From Octopus bimaculoides (Eukaryota), in NCBI RefSeq assembly GCF_001194135.2, contig NC_068986.1, forward strand, positions 66,079,478 to 66,143,477: 64,000 bases of DNA, given 5' to 3'. Below the pieces are notes generated by a model. The model worked only from the letters and a program-made list of their open reading frames with translations. It was not told the origin of the DNA and made no database searches. The translations under genes and the position numbers were made by a program. Each line of letters begins with the position of its first letter. Position 1 is the first letter of the stretch. Shown here piece after piece: positions 63,631-64,000 of this stretch.

Positions 63631-64000
63631 AAATGGTAGATTAGAACTAACAAATTCAGTATTCATCCACTTCAGGTCATTATTTTATGAATTTGTTGAG
63701 ACATGATGGAAATTTGACGGCTACAATGAGCAACAACGAGAGAATCTTTTTTTTTTCCACCTTTTAAACAGGTGATGAAATAAAAATTGAATTCTTTTTT
63801 TGTTTCCTTAAGTGTTTTCTAACTTATTACTGTTGTTGTTGTTGTTGTTGTTGTTGCTGAAGAAGACAGTGAGCTGGCTGAATCATTAGCACACCGGGCG
63901 AAATGCTTAGCAGTATTTCGTCTGCTGCTACATTCTGAGTTCAAATTCTGCCAAGGTTGACTTTGCCCTTCATTGTTTCGGGGTCAATAAAATAAGTACC

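Overview
Eukaryotic, AT-rich, repeat-dense scaffold with 5 N-gaps. The SINE, RTE, Penelope and (TA)n/(CA)n landscape resembles an octopus (coleoid cephalopod) genome; this is an inference. One host gene is present: the 3' part of a laminin beta-chain (LAMB1/LanB1-like) on the minus strand. I hand-spliced 17 GT-AG exons from 62520 down to the TAG at 14911-14913. They total 3002 nt and about 1000 codons in one continuous frame: eight LE repeats, the CxxC hinge, coiled-coil domain II, the Cys-rich L-beta knob, domain I and a terminal YVTCQPQ*. The LN/L4 half lies beyond the right edge. The rest is introns and intergenic DNA filled with L1/Tx1, RTE and Penelope retroelements, mariner, hAT, piggyBac-like and foldback DNA elements, tRNA-derived SINEs and microsatellites. 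Most notable observations: (1) a 30-bp copy of one of the gene's own intron/exon junctions with a poly(A) tail and a 7-bp flanking direct repeat, sitting in the next intron, where it would be an in-frame stop-containing pseudo-exon; (2) a Penelope element with an L1-style twin-priming 5' inversion, nested between two RTE pieces; (3) minimal hammerhead-ribozyme-like motifs in (TA)n-embedded intronic repeats, in pre-mRNA sense orientation; (4) four long intronic hairpins; (5) an RGD motif in the L-beta knob on a frame-symmetric exon. No database searches were run; TE family calls rest on recognised motifs.
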